DNA of 64,000 nt from Cycas panzhihuaensis (taxonomy: Eukaryota > Plantae > Cycadophyta), in NCBI GenBank assembly GCA_023213395.1, contig CM041465.1:34727741-34791740 (forward strand), written 5' to 3'. Within the stretch, counting starts at the first letter, position 1, and each line of letters begins with the position of its first letter. Under the pieces are notes generated by a model, which had not been told where the DNA came from, did not search any database, and worked only from the letters and a program-made list of their open reading frames with translations. The translations under genes were made by a program, and so were the position numbers. Shown here one piece after another: positions 61,872-64,000 of the stretch.

Positions 61872-64000
61872 TATTAGAATATAATGTTTTATCTAAGAAG
61901 ATTAAGAGTCATATAAAACACTTATTCATGTAACATAGGCATGTGTATGCCACGTGTCAACCAGATACATGGTAGTTATATAGTTCATCTCTCATAATAA
62001 AGACATAAGTTCTTCTCCAATATGTATTAATATCCTAACATGGCATTAGAGTGGGTTATCTAGCCTATCTGATAGAGGAAGTCTTAGTTGAGGGAAGCTA
62101 TAATCTCCTATCAAGTGAAGACATTAATCTTCAAATCAAATCAATCAAGAGGAACATTCATTAAAGAAGATTAGAGGAGGCAAATATCATTTACAAGAGA
62201 CATACAATACAATCATATGGATAAGAAAAATCCAAGTATTCATATTCTCACCAAACTTTTATAGACTGTAGATCTCAATATCCTCATCATTTTTTCCTTC
62301 TATGTCAAAGTGATTGGAGCTCTTTTTTAGGTGTTTTTGCCTCTTTTTTAGTGCACATGTTTGAAGAAGGAAACTCATATTTCTAAAAAACTAGGATCTA
62401 CTTTCAAGTAAATACCATTGAATCACCTCTCCTCTATTAATACAAATTTGTTAAGACCTATTGTATAGAGTTTTTCTACATATTTTTAAGATTTGAGCAT
62501 TTGTTTATAAAACCCTAGCCACTCTAGGGATTTTGAAGAAGATTGCTCTCAGACTATAAGGAATGTACTAAAACCACTTATATATTTATATTTCTCCTGA
62601 TATTAGCTTCAGTTTGAGGTACTTTTTACCCTAGATCTATACACTTAAATTTTATACAAAAATCCATATAGCTATATAGATAGTCATTTTCCAGTCAAAA
62701 TCAAGCATGCTTATCATTTCATTAATAGTTGTATGATGGCCTCTTCTATTCTAACTCTCAACAAATAAGATAAATTGACTAAAAATAATTATCATACTTG
62801 GAAAATTAAAATAGAAACTCTATTAAGGGCTAAAAATGCCTTGGGTATAACGATTGGATCTGAAGCCAAACCTACAAATGCTAGCACTAAGCAATCCATT
62901 TGGGAAGAAAGGGATAATGTAAGGGTAATAGTGTTAAAGTTGTAGTCTTTGATCCTCTTCTCATCTCCGTTAAGAAACTAAATTCCTCTTTAGTGATTTA
63001 GAAAACATTTAAAAATATGTATAGCTAAAAAATTGGGCAAGAATCATTGCCCTAAAAGAAGAGTTATTTAAGCTATACATGAAAGATACTTAAATAGTTT
63101 TAAAATTTATCCACAAGGTCATATTAGTTAGAAATGACATGCTAAGCATTAGAGTAAACATCTCAAAAAAGGAGATTATGGAGATGATAGCCAACAAACT
63201 TCCAAAGTCCTTTGATGTCATAATAAATACAATAACCAACAATGATCAAATAAATATGATAACACTTGATACTCTGACAGACTTATTATTGAGATAAGAA
63301 TAAAGAAATAAATGATACGAAGATGTAACAAAGGTAGAAGATGCATTTATAACCAAACTCCATCTTAGACCTAAAGGAAGGGGGCAAGTTCATAGTTGTG
63401 TATGTGGCCTATATGTTAGCATTCCATCCCATGGAAGGTGGTAAGAGAATCAAGGATGAGGACACAATGTTTTACCTAGAGAAGTAAGGGTATGCTTCAA
63501 TTATGGAAAATTAGGGTACTTTTCAAGTAGTTATATGGCTTTTGATGTTTGTTATAACTATGGCCAATCTAGGTATTATCCCTATCAATGCTCACAGAGA
63601 AAAGCTAAAATCTAGAGAGGGAAATTCCCTATAGGAACTTATAGCAAAGAGCAAGATGAAGAAGATGAAGAAGAAACTGCATCCATTGTCACTCTCACAA
63701 CTAGTCTCAAGGATTAAGAGGTGTGGTACATTGACTATGAAGCATCAAGGTATATGACAAGATGTGAGGATTAGTTTAAACTCCTAAAACCCTACTCTTC
63801 TAATAAATCTATTACGTTAGGGGTTAAGTACCCTTTAAACATCAAAGGAGTTTGAACCATAATAGTCAAAGTAAAAGGTATTGTACAAAAAATCAGTAAT
63901 GTGCTTTTTATAACTAGGTTAAAAAAGAAACTACTTTCTATCTCCTAATTAGAAAAGAAAAAGATGAGGATAATTTTTTATGAAGAAGGATGCTATTACA
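61872..64000 (+). mobile_element. 5' part of Copia K (LTR, PBS, gag, protease), runs off the window
   Basis: Putative LTR 61872-62040 (TATTAGAATA...TATCCTAACA) and degenerate PBS TGGCATTAGAGT 62041-62052. gag from ATG 62733/62736 (KLTKNNYHTWKIKIETLL); protease WYIDYEASRYM at ~63723. Confidence 0.8.

Overview
This is plant nuclear DNA made almost entirely of nested LTR retrotransposons. A large-genome land plant, possibly a gymnosperm, is inferred. I see no host protein-coding or RNA genes. About 12 insertions can be resolved from LTR pairs, PBS/PPT sites and 5-bp target-site duplications (TSDs). An old minus-strand chromovirus-type Gypsy (C) lies at 26091-32317, with a second copy of its LTR at 1-1013. 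A Copia (A, 1999-21168) is split inside its RT by a much better preserved, GC-rich 14.3-kb Tat-clade Gypsy (3097-17384, TSD TCATC). Two related ~4-kb condensed non-autonomous Copia derivatives (B, I) are present. From 32371 to the window end there is a five-level stack of Copia elements. Highlight 1: the Tat element has lost RT-RH-INT by an in-frame deletion. Its 3' region still carries a spliced, TATA-preceded antisense Plant Mobile Domain gene set back-to-back with a stand-alone archaeal-type RNase H ORF, and it has a hairpin where the PPT should be. Highlight 2: all eight Copia-type elements whose 3' end is visible have a family-specific inverted repeat that places the PPT and LTR start in a stem-loop. 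All coordinates and alignments were read by eye; no searches were run.
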